Positions 42,501-53,396 of a stretch of DNA of 64,000 nucleotides are shown in pieces (the stretch's first letter is position 1; every line of letters starts with the position of its first letter). The position numbers and the translations under genes were made by a program. The stretch covers positions 20,088,001 to 20,152,000 of the forward strand of contig JBHGNT010000007.1 in assembly GCA_043228905.1 (NCBI GenBank), read 5' to 3'. The notes below the pieces were generated by a model. It was not told the DNA's origin. It made no database searches and was given only the letters and a program-made list of their open reading frames with translations. Source of the DNA: Azolla caroliniana (Eukaryota; Plantae; Polypodiophyta).

Positions 42501-43840
42501 GCCCATACTTTTTGGCGCATTTGTTGAGTTTCAACACTTAGAGTATCTGCTGATAACAATGACTCATAATAAGTGGCAACAATGTTACTCATTTCATCTT
42601 TATCCATAGTAACTGTACCATCAGATCTTTTCAATTGTACAATCTGAATTTTATTTCTTTTAGGCGTAACATGTTGGAAAAAGAATTTTGACATGGTGTC
42701 TCCTTTTGTACACCATCTTGCTGTAGATGCATGAAGAAAAAATTGAGCACGTTTTTGCTGCAGAAAAGAAATAAGCATCATAACATTCTGTAATTCACAA
42801 TGAATATATTGAGAATGAGGCTGTTTTTCTTGCAAAATTTGAAGAGAAGCCAAACCTCTCTTAGCATTCAGCAATTTTCTAGTGTAGCTACTTTGTTTTA
42901 ACTTAACTTGTTGTATAAAGAAGTTGGAAACTGCGAGAAGAGCATTCTGTAATTTTTGACAATTAGAATCCCCTACAGCCATTCTCCAAATTGACAGAAC
43001 TGTATTCTGCAAACTCATATCATCAACAATAAACCTTGGCACATACAATCGAGAAATAGAAGTATGGCTGTTCATACAGAATTTGAGCATAATCGGGGCA
43101 TGATCTGAGAACGAAGTGCCTGATATAATACCCACATATCCTCCACGATCCCAAAAAAAAGAATCTGCATAAAACCTATCTATTCTCGACAGATTAAGAG
43201 CAACACTTCTTCGATTGGAACGTGAGTATAACAAGGAATCGGGCATGCGAGAGAAGGTTGGAATATGCCACAAATCAGTAACTTCATATTTGAAAATTAA
43301 CTTTTCCCACTCACGCAATTCTAAACCCGATATAGTAGTAGAAGATCCACCTAATCTATCACTAGGGCTTTCAATCATGTTCCAATCACCACACATGCAC
43401 CAATGTTGTGCCACAGGAAGATCTTGCAATAACTTATTCCACAAACGAATTCTTCCAGTAACAGAATTCGGAGCATATACATTCAAAAAACCAATCAATT
43501 TTCCGGAGATAAGAATAAGCATATATTGAACTCTACCACCAAACAATACTCCTTTAGCTTGTACATTAGACTGCCATTGCATTTTAAGTGCGATACAAAG
43601 GCCACCTTGAGTACCAGATGGTCCAAAAGCCGGAACCCATTCATAAATCCAATTACCACGTAGTAAATTTCTATTCGATGCTATCCTTTGTGAATTAAGA
43701 TGGTGTTCTTGAAAGCATAGCATATCAAGTTGACCTATTGAAGGTAAAGATAATTCTTGATTCAAGTAACATCTTACTCTATTACAACGACTCGTACCTA
43801 ACCCTTGAAGGTTCCAAGATAAAATATTAAAATAATACAT
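39503..43840 (-). CDS. LINE-B ORF2, 1445 aa (APE endonuclease, RT, zf-RVT)
   Basis: ILSWNLQGL, CGDWN, SRIDRFY, SDHAPI, WRPITLLNTIYK, LDFEKAYD, RQGCPLAP, FADD, ESILHLFWMC; uninterrupted. Confidence 0.96.
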   Translation of the reverse strand: MYYFNILSWNLQGLGTSRCNRVRCYLNQELSLPSIGQLDMLCFQEHHLNSQRIASNRNLLRGNWIYEWVPAFGPSGTQGGLCIALKMQWQSNVQAKGVLFGGRVQYMLILISGKLIGFLNVYAPNSVTGRIRLWNKLLQDLPVAQHWCMCGDWNMIESPSDRLGGSSTTISGLELREWEKLIFKYEVTDLWHIPTFSRMPDSLLYSRSNRRSVALNLSRIDRFYADSFFWDRGGYVGIISGTSFSDHAPIMLKFCMNSHTSISRLYVPRFIVDDMSLQNTVLSIWRMAVGDSNCQKLQNALLAVSNFFIQQVKLKQSSYTRKLLNAKRGLASLQILQEKQPHSQYIHCELQNVMMLISFLQQKRAQFFLHASTARWCTKGDTMSKFFFQHVTPKRNKIQIVQLKRSDGTVTMDKDEMSNIVATYYESLLSADTLSVETQQMRQKVWAVTVVKVTSRISLQLLRPFSSFEILQAIKGVGPDVSPGVDGMGRDFFITYWDLIAEDLLAAFQEMFNTGIMPQKWKEGLICLIPKGEVVTDEVKGWRPITLLNTIYKIYAKLLALRLQPFLSEIVHDSQTGFMQERSIFDNIFLFWELTGMAMKTKEDLAVLLLDFEKAYDRVDWDFMEGSLLRLGFPAQWIRAVASLYREAFSSVLVAGGQTRKFSISRSVRQGCPLAPFLFLLVMETFSMYLNSSQVALKGLPLPATQQQMLDAEFADDTAIYVQGNDENLSKLQEVVEEFCLASRAKINWHKSLGFWVSQNSLPNWMPSQEFKWVPNGTTTRYLGCQVGLHVTADMLVAPLLVKLRRKLLLWDSVNLSLAGRILVANQVLLATIWYVASTTLFARSCILQVQRLIRNYIWGGITGQGKRPKVAWAVLIAPRQNGGMGLVDPDAQCKALLSKFVCRAMLPMQGVWSRLMMHRLSTMCPSIGGKWQPSLRWGFIQNFHLFKTTLLEDRFFNGILTSWSAVKKFLIRKVPSTTDDLLRQPLIWNFLFSDSRGFLLGSRPRLNWASMDASIAGNVQAWGCYVMNQQLQPLSRPSVRGSAIMCDNMQVALGQFMASWSPSSNQIWFGYFSPLKVILGAKVTNTMGDVIYFNVDDDGRLWHVFSESDVWISANVSAIRVVARSGKKWLLDPPFQECLRCCSLWVFQKKPLYNLDWDPADYQWKKPNANGNGKHLEFFQYSVKLGRNLLLQSKYKCPAAMKHWIANNVNELQLTKFWKWLWSMQLPKKVICFRWLLIHYALPVGDWLRQNQQYACGMHCGESTESILHLFWMCPKIKQFWSKLFLLLRNHYARSTFSWGAVLWGVLHGDVMNYERMHASHVFYFSNGYIYLTSFTSVIPRFRTENLVIWRTVTSLALWTIWKTRCDVVFNNAHIHLNNMLIEFWWLFVHTIRGQYDDLQGTTDAQRQRQVDFKKRWRGLHLFSDTSPGMKWNYSIPPFLLHSL

Positions 43841-43841
43841 A

Positions 43842-45224
43842 TCAAGATTGAGATGGAGAAGACCTCTTATCAGTCAAAACCACTTGTCTCTCCTTTTGAG
43901 ATGAAGTTACTGCTCTTGTTATTCTTTTTTCCACACGGAAATCCTTGACTAACACACGATGGTCTTTATATACCCTATTTTTGCTATTCCCAAGCGCTTC
44001 TATAGTATCCTTTGCAGATGCAAAAACATACGGTGATTGCCCCACCCCTGTCTGCAAAACATCTGAATATGATCGAGCATTTACCTTTGCATCATTATGT
44101 TGAAACGATGTTATCATTTTCTGAACTGACGCCTTAACTTTCGTCGGATCTTGTTCTAGCATTGAGTCAATGACTGGAACAATTTCCAAAGAGGAAACGG
44201 AAACTGGCATAACTACATCTTTTTGCAAAGCGTCCATACTACATTCAGGAGGAGGAATGGCTGGAATGATCTCCAAAGATGGAGCAGAAATCGACATTCC
44301 TAAATCTTGCCTCAACGTGTCCATACTACCTTCCGATAGTGCAAATTGAGGGACATTGGAGCAACTCATATCAACACCTTTTCCCTTACCCACTTTATCT
44401 AACAATATATCAAAACCCTTTACTTGTTGAGTTTCATGAGGCACCAGTGAAGTGACCACATTATTATTTTGCTTATGCATAGCTACAATAGGCTTCCCAT
44501 GGACAATCAAACAATCTTTTGCTAAATGACCAATTTTTTTACAAGAAAAACATTGGTTGGGCAACCCAAAGTAAAGCACTTTCTGAATTTTTTGAAACAT
44601 ATTACCTTGCAGTTTTGGAAGGCGAATCCAATTAGGTAACACTACATCTTTCTTGCAAAGTAACTTGACCGACGGAGCTCCTCCTTTTTCTACAATATCC
44701 TTGAATGTAGATGAGTTAACATGTAAAACTCTACCTATTGCTGCCCCAATTTTGTGAAGAACCTCCCTCCACTCCTTGTCTAAACCTGGAAAAACAGCAG
44801 TACACGTGAAGTATCCCGTTGCCTCCACCTGTAGGGTTGCCGTATCAAAACCATGGGTCCATGGGAAAAAAAGAACCCATGCACCTGAGATTTCTACCGA
44901 GTGGATGGAAAGGATATTGCAAACGGAAGAATGCTCTTCAAACTCCAATTGATAGCAACCTCGGCCCATCAATTGAATATCAGTTATCTTATCCAATTTT
45001 TCCTTTAAGGCTGCCTGGAGAAGATGACGAAGATCCCCTCTACTCGGTCGTTTTCCCAGGACTTGGGCAACAACAGAGCACCGCTCCAATCGTTTAACTT
45101 CATTGAGAACAGTGAGCTCATCTTCCGGTGCCAATTGGACATCTATAGTACCGTCAATCGTAGGAGAAGCAGGGGCCGATTCGCTGGATCGCTCCTTGGG
45201 CGTTGACGAAGACGGTGTATACAT
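43842..45224 (-). CDS. LINE-B ORF1, 460 aa (DUF4283-like + CCHC knuckle)
   Basis: MGRGCYQLEF, knuckle CFSCKKIGHLAKDC; stop lies 1 nt before the ORF2 ATG. Confidence 0.9.
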   Translation of the reverse strand: MYTPSSSTPKERSSESAPASPTIDGTIDVQLAPEDELTVLNEVKRLERCSVVAQVLGKRPSRGDLRHLLQAALKEKLDKITDIQLMGRGCYQLEFEEHSSVCNILSIHSVEISGAWVLFFPWTHGFDTATLQVEATGYFTCTAVFPGLDKEWREVLHKIGAAIGRVLHVNSSTFKDIVEKGGAPSVKLLCKKDVVLPNWIRLPKLQGNMFQKIQKVLYFGLPNQCFSCKKIGHLAKDCLIVHGKPIVAMHKQNNNVVTSLVPHETQQVKGFDILLDKVGKGKGVDMSCSNVPQFALSEGSMDTLRQDLGMSISAPSLEIIPAIPPPECSMDALQKDVVMPVSVSSLEIVPVIDSMLEQDPTKVKASVQKMITSFQHNDAKVNARSYSDVLQTGVGQSPYVFASAKDTIEALGNSKNRVYKDHRVLVKDFRVEKRITRAVTSSQKERQVVLTDKRSSPSQS

Positions 45225-45493
45225 CGACTCTCTTCTAGTCCTAAGTTTGTAAGACTCCCTACTTCCTAATTAATCGTTCTCTCTTCTCTTCCAAATCTTT
45301 CTCCTTACTTTTCCCCAATCACCACCACCACTAATTTCATCTGCTTCGATGGATACAAAGTTAATATAGGCAGAAATCAAACCTGTTGGTAGAGATGTTG
45401 TAGCGCAGCAGAACGAATTTGTAGCCCAGTGGTTGCTTCCCTTCCTCTGTTGTGGCGGCCGTGAAGCTCAGACATAGGGGAGGGTCGCCGAAT

Positions 45494-47866
45494 AGGATGT
45501 GCCGATTTTTGCGCTCGGCTACTCCGTTTTGTTGCGGAGTGTGTCGGCAAGTGAATTCTCGCCGAATTCCTTCCTTTCGGAGATACACAGTGAAATCGTC
45601 CGAGAAGTACTCCTTGCCGCCATCCGATCGAAGACAACGTACATGTCGGCCCGTGGCTTTCTCGACTTCATTCTTGAAGGTTTGAAAGTGTCCGAACACT
45701 TTGCTCTTTTGCCGCATCGGGTAGATCCAAGTATGCCTAGAGAAGTTGTCGATGCAAAGCACGTAATATCGGCATCCGCCGAATGTAGCCGTCTGTGCCG
45801 GTCCCCATACGTTGGAATGGACTACGTCGAGTAGACCTTTGCTCACGTTCCGCTTTTTCGGGAATGGGTGTCAGTGTTGCTTGCCGAATTGGCACGCTTC
45901 GCATACACCTTCAATCTCCTTCTCTTTGAATGTCGGGAGTTCGATGACGACTCCTTTCGATTTCATTGCTTTGAGTTTGTTGAGATTGATGTGGCCGATT
46001 CGCTTGTGCCACAACTCTATGTCGGAGTCGGCTTTCATGCCCTTTGCGAACATGGCCGATTTCATCTCGTGTGAGTCAAGAATGAACATTTGGCCCTCTC
46101 TTCGGCCGCGTGTGATGAGTCGGCCCTCTTTTTCGATGAAGCAACCGCCTTGATTAAATCGAACTTGCATCCCTTGCTCTACAATTTGGCCGACGGAGAC
46201 CAAATTTTTCGTAATGGTCGGTACATGCAAGACATTTTTTATGTAATGTTGCTTACCTTCTTTTCCGAACGGAACATTGCCGATGTGCCGAATCGGGTGC
46301 GTAGTGTCATCTCCGGTTTCGACATAACCGGATCGCTCCAGCTCTCGAAGTTCGAGAACCATTCCTTATGAGATGTCATATGGTTTGAGGCTCCAGAGTC
46401 AACAAACCATACGTCCTCCGGATTGAGGGCACTAGTTGAGGTAGAGGCCGACATAGATTTTGCTCTATGTTTCATCATGAACATTCCGCCACGGTCGGAG
46501 TTGTATGCGTACATTTCGCCACGATCCTCATAGTCGGAGTTGTGCCTGTACATTCTGCTATACTCTTCGTAGTCGGAATTGTGTGCGTAATTCGTGAGTT
46601 GTGGGCTTGTGGAAGCTGATTCACGCATCTTCTTTAGGCACTCTTCTTCGTGGTGGCTGAGCTTTTTGCAATATCCGCATTTGGTTGCGTTTTGACAACT
46701 CAGGCCGGAGTGGAAGCTCCCCCTTCTTGCGAAGGTTCCTCATTGGCTTTCGTTTTACGGCCGAAATCGGGAGTTGTTATCGTAGGTCGGACCTTGTCCG
46801 CCTTGTCCTTGGTCGAATCGGCCTCTCGGCCGCCTGCGTCCTCTTCCTCCGTTCGAATGCGTGTAGAGCATGTGGCCTTCCGACTCATTGCTCCTTGTAC
46901 GCATGTGGTTTTCTTCGACCAATAGCATTGATTGGAGCTCGAAGAAGGAGGGAGATTTCTCCTGTGCTAGAACGGCGGTTCGCATCGCGCCGAACCGTGG
47001 TGCAAGGACGCTGAGGCATATTTGAACCATCTCATCATCATTGATATTTACGCTTATTGAGCCGAGTGAATCGCAAAGCTCCTTGATCTTCGAGGTGTAT
47101 GTCGTGATGTGTTGTCTGCCTGGCCGGACTAGCCTCAACACAGGTGTCTATCCGACACTTCTCCAAAGGGGTAGTAAGGATTGGATGCTAGGTTACACGC
47201 GTAAGATGATTACAATTAAGCACAGACGATAACAATACGAAGATACAGATAAACCCGCAATAATTACTTTTGTATTACTTCCGTCAAAACCCTTTACAAA
47301 TCATCGGATCCTTTTATAGGCATCCGGCAAGGTTACAATCGGTGCGCTTAGGCAACCGACATCCGAATCGGTCCGGATCCGGATCGGTACAACTGTACCG
47401 GATCCGTCCCTCCGAATAATAATTCTACTATTATTTACTTCCTATTATCCGATCCGACTCCGCCTTCCCACTTGTCCTTGCTCTTCTGACCGGCCAACAT
47501 GATGGACATGTCCCTTTGTTGAATGTTGTTCAACTCTTGGCGGAGTTGAAGCCTTCTTACGGTTGTGTTCGCCGCGAAAATCTTTCGTAGATTTTCCCAT
47601 GCCTCCTTTGGCGTCTTGGCTTCGCGAATGTAGCCGAGCATGTGGTCATGAACACATGTCGCCAAGCAATACATCATGCGGCTTGCGGCTTGCTCCCATG
47701 TCGCGTATCCGGGAGCCGCTTCGGCGGATCGGTCTTCATGCGCTCCTTTGATGTAGCTCCAATAGCCTTGTCCGATAAGGTATTGGTGCATCTTGTACTC
47801 CCAAGATGCGAAGTTGTTTCGATCCAACTTCTCGGTAGGGAAAGCGCTCCCCATTTGAGTATTCAT
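45494..47866 (-). pseudogene. Copia-1 gag, protease, GAG-pre-integrase and integrase core (disrupted)
   Basis: EKLDRNNFASWEYKM, WFVDSGASNHMT, LWHKRIGH..CEACQFGKQH, LRSDGGKEY, PQQNGVAERKNR; stops/frameshifts and a solo-LTR insertion. Confidence 0.92.
47110..47499 (-). mobile_element. Solo LTR (390 bp), related to the Gypsy LTR at 51679
   Basis: TGTTG...CAACA termini; TSD TGATG at 47105-47109 and 47500-47504; gag rejoins as QRDMSI|TTYTSK; reverse complement shares CCGGATCCGGACCGAT and CCCTTTGG.GAAGTGTC..TAGACACC with 51679-52115. Confidence 0.9.
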
Positions 47867-48425
47867 TATGTTGATTCTTCTTCTTCTTCTTCTCTTTTCG
47901 AATGCGAGCTATGTAGCGAAGCTACGATAGCGATGAGCCAGTTCTTGGTCATCGGCGTGGAGCACAACACACGATCACGATGAGGCGAATGGGCTAGATC
48001 GAGCTACCAAATTGCTCTGATACCATGTAAAGAATCAGGTATGATTCTTGTGTAGCGGAATAGGTGTGAACTGTGTGTGTATATGAGAGAGAGAGAGAGA
48101 GAGTGAGAGAGAGACAAGGAATAATACACAGAGAATACGCAAGGTAAAAGTATATTAACAAAGGAGAAAGACTCAACACTATACAAGGTGGGAGGAGGGT
48201 GCTTTATATAGTCACCCTCTCTCTTCATTAACTACAAGACTCATGGATCATGGGGAATGTGAAAGCTCATAAGTTATGTGTTATAGAATATGATTCTATG
48301 ACTCATACTAAATGCTAGAATACAAAGAGGTGACATAATGGTGACTCTTGACCATTGGAGTGTCTATTCACTCTCAAGGTGAGTTCACACAATAGACCAA
48401 GTTGAGCTTGATTCTCAACAGAGAC

Positions 48426-50687
48426 CGATATCATTAATGGGTGGGATGTATAAGATTTTTGCCAAAGTAATTGCAAATAGACTTCAAAAGGTGTTGTCAT
48501 CTATGGTCCATCCAATGCAATATGGGTTTATTAAGGTAAGGGACATCCTGCATAATATTTTGAATGTGCAAATGGAAGTGGATTATGCAAAGGAATCCAA
48601 TCAATAAATTGTAATGATACAACTCGACATTGAGAAGGCATATGATCATGTAAGTTGGTCTTTTATTACTCAACTTATGTTTCATATGGGTTTTGGGGGA
48701 AGGATGTCTCGAATATCATTGTTGGTGGGATTAGGTGCAGTCTCACACGTTATGTTAAATGGTGGAGTTACTAATGCAATACCATTGAAAAGATCACTTA
48801 GACAAGGATGCCCATTGAGCCCACTATTATTTGTAATTGCTACACACCTAATTTTGGTGAGGATGCATGAGTTGGCGACACGTGGGGAAATAGTTGGATT
48901 AGCTCTACCATCAGGGAAACATTTGATCGCCCAAGCATTGGTTGATGATTCATTTTTATTTCTCAAAGCAATACCTGATAACATAGCTAAAGCCATGGAG
49001 GTGTGGAATGTGTTCGCATTGGCACCAAGATTACATATAAATATACAGAAGTCGATGCTCATTAGATGCACTGAGAATGATTTGGTGGATCTTGAATGGG
49101 GTGGCCAAATATTAGATCAAGGGAATGTGTGTCGACACTTCGGTTACCCTATTGGTGTTGATATCTCATCATCACAAAGTTTGAATTGGATATCGGGAAC
49201 CATTTTGGACAAATTTATGTATTGGAAGTCTCAAGCATGGTCGTTTAGTACTCGTCTCAAAGTGGCACAAGCTATAATGATTCCAATGATTTCTTATTTT
49301 TTTCCATTGTTATCGTGGACAAAGAAATCACTTGATCATTTAGCTCGTTCACTTATATATACACTATGGAAGAAAGACACAAACCTTGGTATGAATTGGG
49401 TATCATGGAACAATATTTGTACCCACCCCAAAACGGTTAGGGGGTGTTGCTTTACTAAATTTAGAAGATCATATGGTGGCTCGAAGATTCAATCTTTTGA
49501 AAGGTATGTGCATATGTACCCAACCTTGGGCAGAAATAATTACTTATTTTGTGGAAAAGGTTGGTATTTACCATGGGAAAACAAGAATTACAGCTTTGTG
49601 GTGGCATGTTGTTAATAGTACCCAACAGTTGAAGTGTTCAGAATCTAGTATGGTTCAACAATTGGTGCTTTCTTGGCAACGGTATTTGAAGTTGTTTAAT
49701 TGGAAGCCTCCTGAGTGCTGAAAAGATATAAATTCATTGGCAGCAGAGGTGTTAGTAGCTTCAAGGATATTACACTAGGAGGGAAAAGAAAGTCTAAATT
49801 CATAGTTCAATCGAATGGCAAGGCTAGGTTTGATAACTGTAGAAGATGGTATTTTAGAGTCACATAAGAAAATGATGGCCTTTCGGACAATAAGAAATAA
49901 GTTTCATATACCACGTGGATATGGGTATATTTGGCAATCAATAGTGGCATTGCCTACATTAGTTTTCCCAATTCAAGAGTTGGTGGTCGAGGAACCATGG
50001 AAAGATTGGTCATTTGGTAATGGGAAATCGATTTATATGGTGCACACTAATGATGTGTACCATAAGTTGGTTGAAGATAGAGCTTGGTTAGAAAATAAGG
50101 TGTTGGATACATGGCGCATTACTAGAAATGTAAAGTGGTGGCATAGAGTTTTAGATGCAGGGTGGCAGTCTCATCTTCCATTCCGTGCAAAGGTGTTTCT
50201 TTGGCGTGCCATAGTTGGTGGGTTGCCTTTGACGATGGCCTTAAAGCGAAGACATATTTCGAATGGGACATGTTTTTTCTGTACGGTGTTTGAAGAAGAT
50301 GCCAGACGTAGGTTCATTACATGTTCAGTTGCTAAGGCCATTTGGGTGATTATGTCAAAAATTTGGGCATCGATAACAGGGAATATTTTGTCACCTTATA
50401 AATGGGTTTTAATGGATGAGGATAAAGTTATGCCCACACCATCATATAAGGTGGTTTTTGATTACCTTAGACATTGGGGGATGTGGTTTAATTGGACCAT
50501 GAGAAATGAGTTCTTGTTTGATGGACTTCATGGGATAACACAACAAATCCATAGGATGAAAGGGAAATTGATTTGGCAATTTTCACAACTATGTTGTATG
50601 GGGATCTTGTCCCAAGAGGAGATAGATTTATGTCATCTAGTTTTACAACACTTGAGAGGGTTTCCCTTGCACTATCACTATTTATGA
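48426..50687 (+). pseudogene. LINE-A ORF2 3' part: RT core and zf-RVT, with stops and a frameshift
   Basis: QLDIEKAYDHVSW, RQGCPLSP, LVDDS, WQSHLPFRAKVFLWR..CFFC. Confidence 0.92.
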
Positions 50688-50751
50688 AGTAGTGAAGATA
50701 GCAAGGGGTGTATTATCATTTTGTTTTAATAACAAACATTGATTTACGAAA

Positions 50752-50754
<3 letters not shown>

Positions 50755-50837
<83 letters not shown>
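50755..50837. repeat. (GA)n microsatellite abutting the 3' end of LINE-A
   Basis: About 41 perfect GA units. Confidence 0.97.
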
Positions 50838-50839
<2 letters not shown>

Positions 50840-51270
50840 AGTTAGTAGCTCATGGGTACTTGACAACCACTCATGCCCGATTAGCCACCAAGAGGGAATA
50901 CGATGACCCAGACTCAAGGCCAACGACATCAACAAGAGCGTAAAAACTCAATCGATCTATAGATACGCTCCGTGAGACACATGGAAGCGACACATCAATT
51001 TGGCGTCACTGTCGGAGACTAAGATCGTCACTTGAAGTGATTGTTGAGTTTTTTGTAAACTCGCAAGGAAAACCACTTAACGAAGAATATATCGAGAAAC
51101 AAAGCAAAGTGTTACTATGTTTTTGTAATTTCCTAAGTATTTTGTTTTACTTAATCGCTAGCCCACTAACCATATGGTTACCTAAATCCCCAATAAACCA
51201 AACACCACCTTTCTTTCCATTAAATTTTTTCTTTTGGCGCGACTTGCAAGGCAAACTACCTAATGAAGAA

Positions 51271-51668
51271 TGTTGAGAAGCAAGCTCAACAAAGGTATGT
51301 GATGCTTATTGAGAAATAAGCTAGTAGCTATTAGCTAATTAGCTACTAGTGGACATAAAGGTGAAACAATTATTTAGCTATGCACAACTATTTAGCTATT
51401 TGACAGCTATTTAGCTACTGACAGCTAATTAGTTGTATATATAAGTCACTTATAACTTAGGTAAAAAGTAAGAGAGTGTGTGTAGAAGAAAAATAGAAAA
51501 CTGACAAGAGCGAGTTGAGCTCTGTGTGTAATGAAATAGAAGAAGCTTTTTGGTTTGCTACACAGAGGTAAGTCTCCCTCCCCTTCCTTTCCGTCTTGAG
51601 CACTAAATGATCCAGCACATCACGATCCGCTGTGCACACAGAAGAGCCGTAGTAGTGCCTTCGTAACA
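51271..51668 (+). mobile_element. Solo LTR (398 bp)
   Basis: TGTTG...TAACA termini, TSD AAGAA at 51266-51270 and 51669-51673, internal TATATATAAG. Confidence 0.8.
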
Positions 51669-51678
51669 AAGAAGATAT

Positions 51679-53396
51679 TGTTACCGGCCGGCAAAGGAGT
51701 CCAGAGTGTGAAAGGAAGGAGTTATTTAATTATTAAGGAATGGTTGTAAGTGAGCTATTAGTGTGGACGGACGGACCGGAATCGGTATGCCGTTCCGGAT
51801 CCGGACCGATCCCGAACAGGTGCGGATGGCACCGTTTTGTACTACAAACCGGAAACCTATTTAAAGGCCCGGATACAATGTACTATGGAGCGGATAATTA
51901 ATGAAGCTTAGTGTTTTTATCTCTGTGTGTTAATTGCCGTTCTGCATTCATTGTTATATCTTACGTGTGTGATTATTAACGACGATCTTGCTAAGTAACC
52001 TAATTAAGTCGGATTAATCATTGAGCCTAATCCTCTTGCCGTAACACCCCTTTGGTGAAGTGTCTTCCGTAGACACCCTGTGTTAGGCCATTGTCCGGCC
52101 CTAAGAGTTAACACAGATTTTGGCGACCACGATTCCTGTTTTTGCAGCGAATGACGGCAGGAATGGATGACTAGATCAACGCACGACCTGGTTACAGATC
52201 GAACTTGACGCCTTGCCGAAAGGCAAAGGAGACGTGAGGCTTTCCAGCAAGCGGCGCAGGAAATTAGAGCGGATCACTCGTTTTCCAACGTAATCCGGAG
52301 AGTAGCGGAGGAGTCCCTCTGTTTACAGCAAACATCGCACCCGGACGAAGGCAGCATCCTAAGTAGCCTCCGGGAAACCGAATCCCTTCTCCAGGCGTTG
52401 GCAAGCGGAGAAGGCCAAGCAGAAGCCTTTTTAGCGTATGAATCGGATTCCGAAGGGGGATACAACGTGCACACGAACTACCGTAGCAGCAATGACACCC
52501 CGGGCGGACCGGAGGACGAAGGATCAGACACCTTACCGACACCGGAACCGGAAGTGCTAAGGCTGGAACCTCCGGAACCAGAAGCAGAGGAAGAGCGACC
52601 TCCGACACCGGAAGTCGAGGAGGAGAGGCCTCTATCACCAAAAGAAGAGGAAAGACCACCGACGCCGGAGAGAAACCAGGAACGACCACCAACACCACCA
52701 GCCCGAACACCGATACCGGACGACGACATGCCGTTCCAGTACTCCAAGTATAGAGATGATCCGGACGCGGAAGCTCATGTTCACGCCTTTGAACAGACAT
52801 GGTAAGCAAACCATGTGTCCCAACGATTGACCCCGGAGGAAGAGGAACGGTCTAAGATAGCGGAATTTGGCGTCCATTGGAGGGACCGGCAGCAAGATGG
52901 CACCGGACGCAGGACCCGTCTACCATCACCACCTTTGCAGATTTAAAAGCTAAATTCTTGCATTTTTTCCACAAGGAGGTGGACCAGACAGTAATGGTGG
53001 GCTTGTTTTATACCATCCGACAGGAGGCAGGGGAGAGCATTCCCCAGTTTGTCATCTGGTTTCAACGGATGCATAGTTAGCTTGCCTGCGCACCCCCGGA
53101 GGAGGAATTACGGACTATATTCCTAAATGCGCTCCGGGAACCCCTACGCACGGTTTGCACGGTAATTGACTTCTGTGCAAGTACCATCGACCAGGTCATT
53201 GACCGGGGGAGATAGATGGAAAAGACAAGCTCCTGGCTCACACTGGGAGCACTCCAACGGGCGTTACCGTCCGATGAAGACCTCCGGTTTCGGCAAGCAA
53301 TACAGTGCACAACTTGCTTGAATTCTGGACACTCGGCACTAGAATGCACTATGAGGACGCAATGTGTAATCTGTCAATCCAAGGGCCATACGACGT
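51679..53396 (+). mobile_element. Ty3/Gypsy element (Gypsy-1): 5' LTR ~51679-52115, tRNA-Arg-type PBS, degenerate gag; interrupted by Gypsy-2, remainder beyond the window
   Basis: TG...CA LTR; PBS TGGCGACCAC at 52121; Pro/Glu-rich N-terminus, gag core (DAEAHVHAFE; GPAARW..TFADLKAKF), knuckles CTTCLNSGHSALEC and CVICQSKGH. Confidence 0.8.

Larger units (their letters stand above)
39345..45493 (-). mobile_element. Full-length intact L1-clade LINE (LINE-B) inserted in the Copia-1 integrase
   Basis: TSD AGGATGTGCCGATTTTT at 39328-39344 and 45494-45510; poly(T) at 39340-39351; Copia frame rejoins as ERKNRHIL|EVARAMM. Confidence 0.96.
36323..48420 (-). mobile_element. Ty1/Copia LTR retrotransposon (Copia-1), interrupted by LINE-B and a solo LTR
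   Basis: LTRs 48026-48420 and 36323-36723 (TG...CA, ~9 substitutions plus a GA-length change); TSD GAGAC at 36318-36322 and 48421-48425; tRNA-iMet PBS TGGTATCAGAGC at 48025-48014; PPT at 36724-36736. Confidence 0.97.
32979..50754 (+). mobile_element. Full-length degenerate L1/Tx1-type LINE (LINE-A), ~5.7 kb after removing the Copia insertion at 36323-48420
   Basis: ORF1 and ORF2 (EN, RT, zf-RVT) in order; ORF2 rejoins across the Copia TSD as W-R-P-I-S-L-M-G-G-M-Y-K-I-F-A-K; bounded by (AG)n on both sides. Confidence 0.9.
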
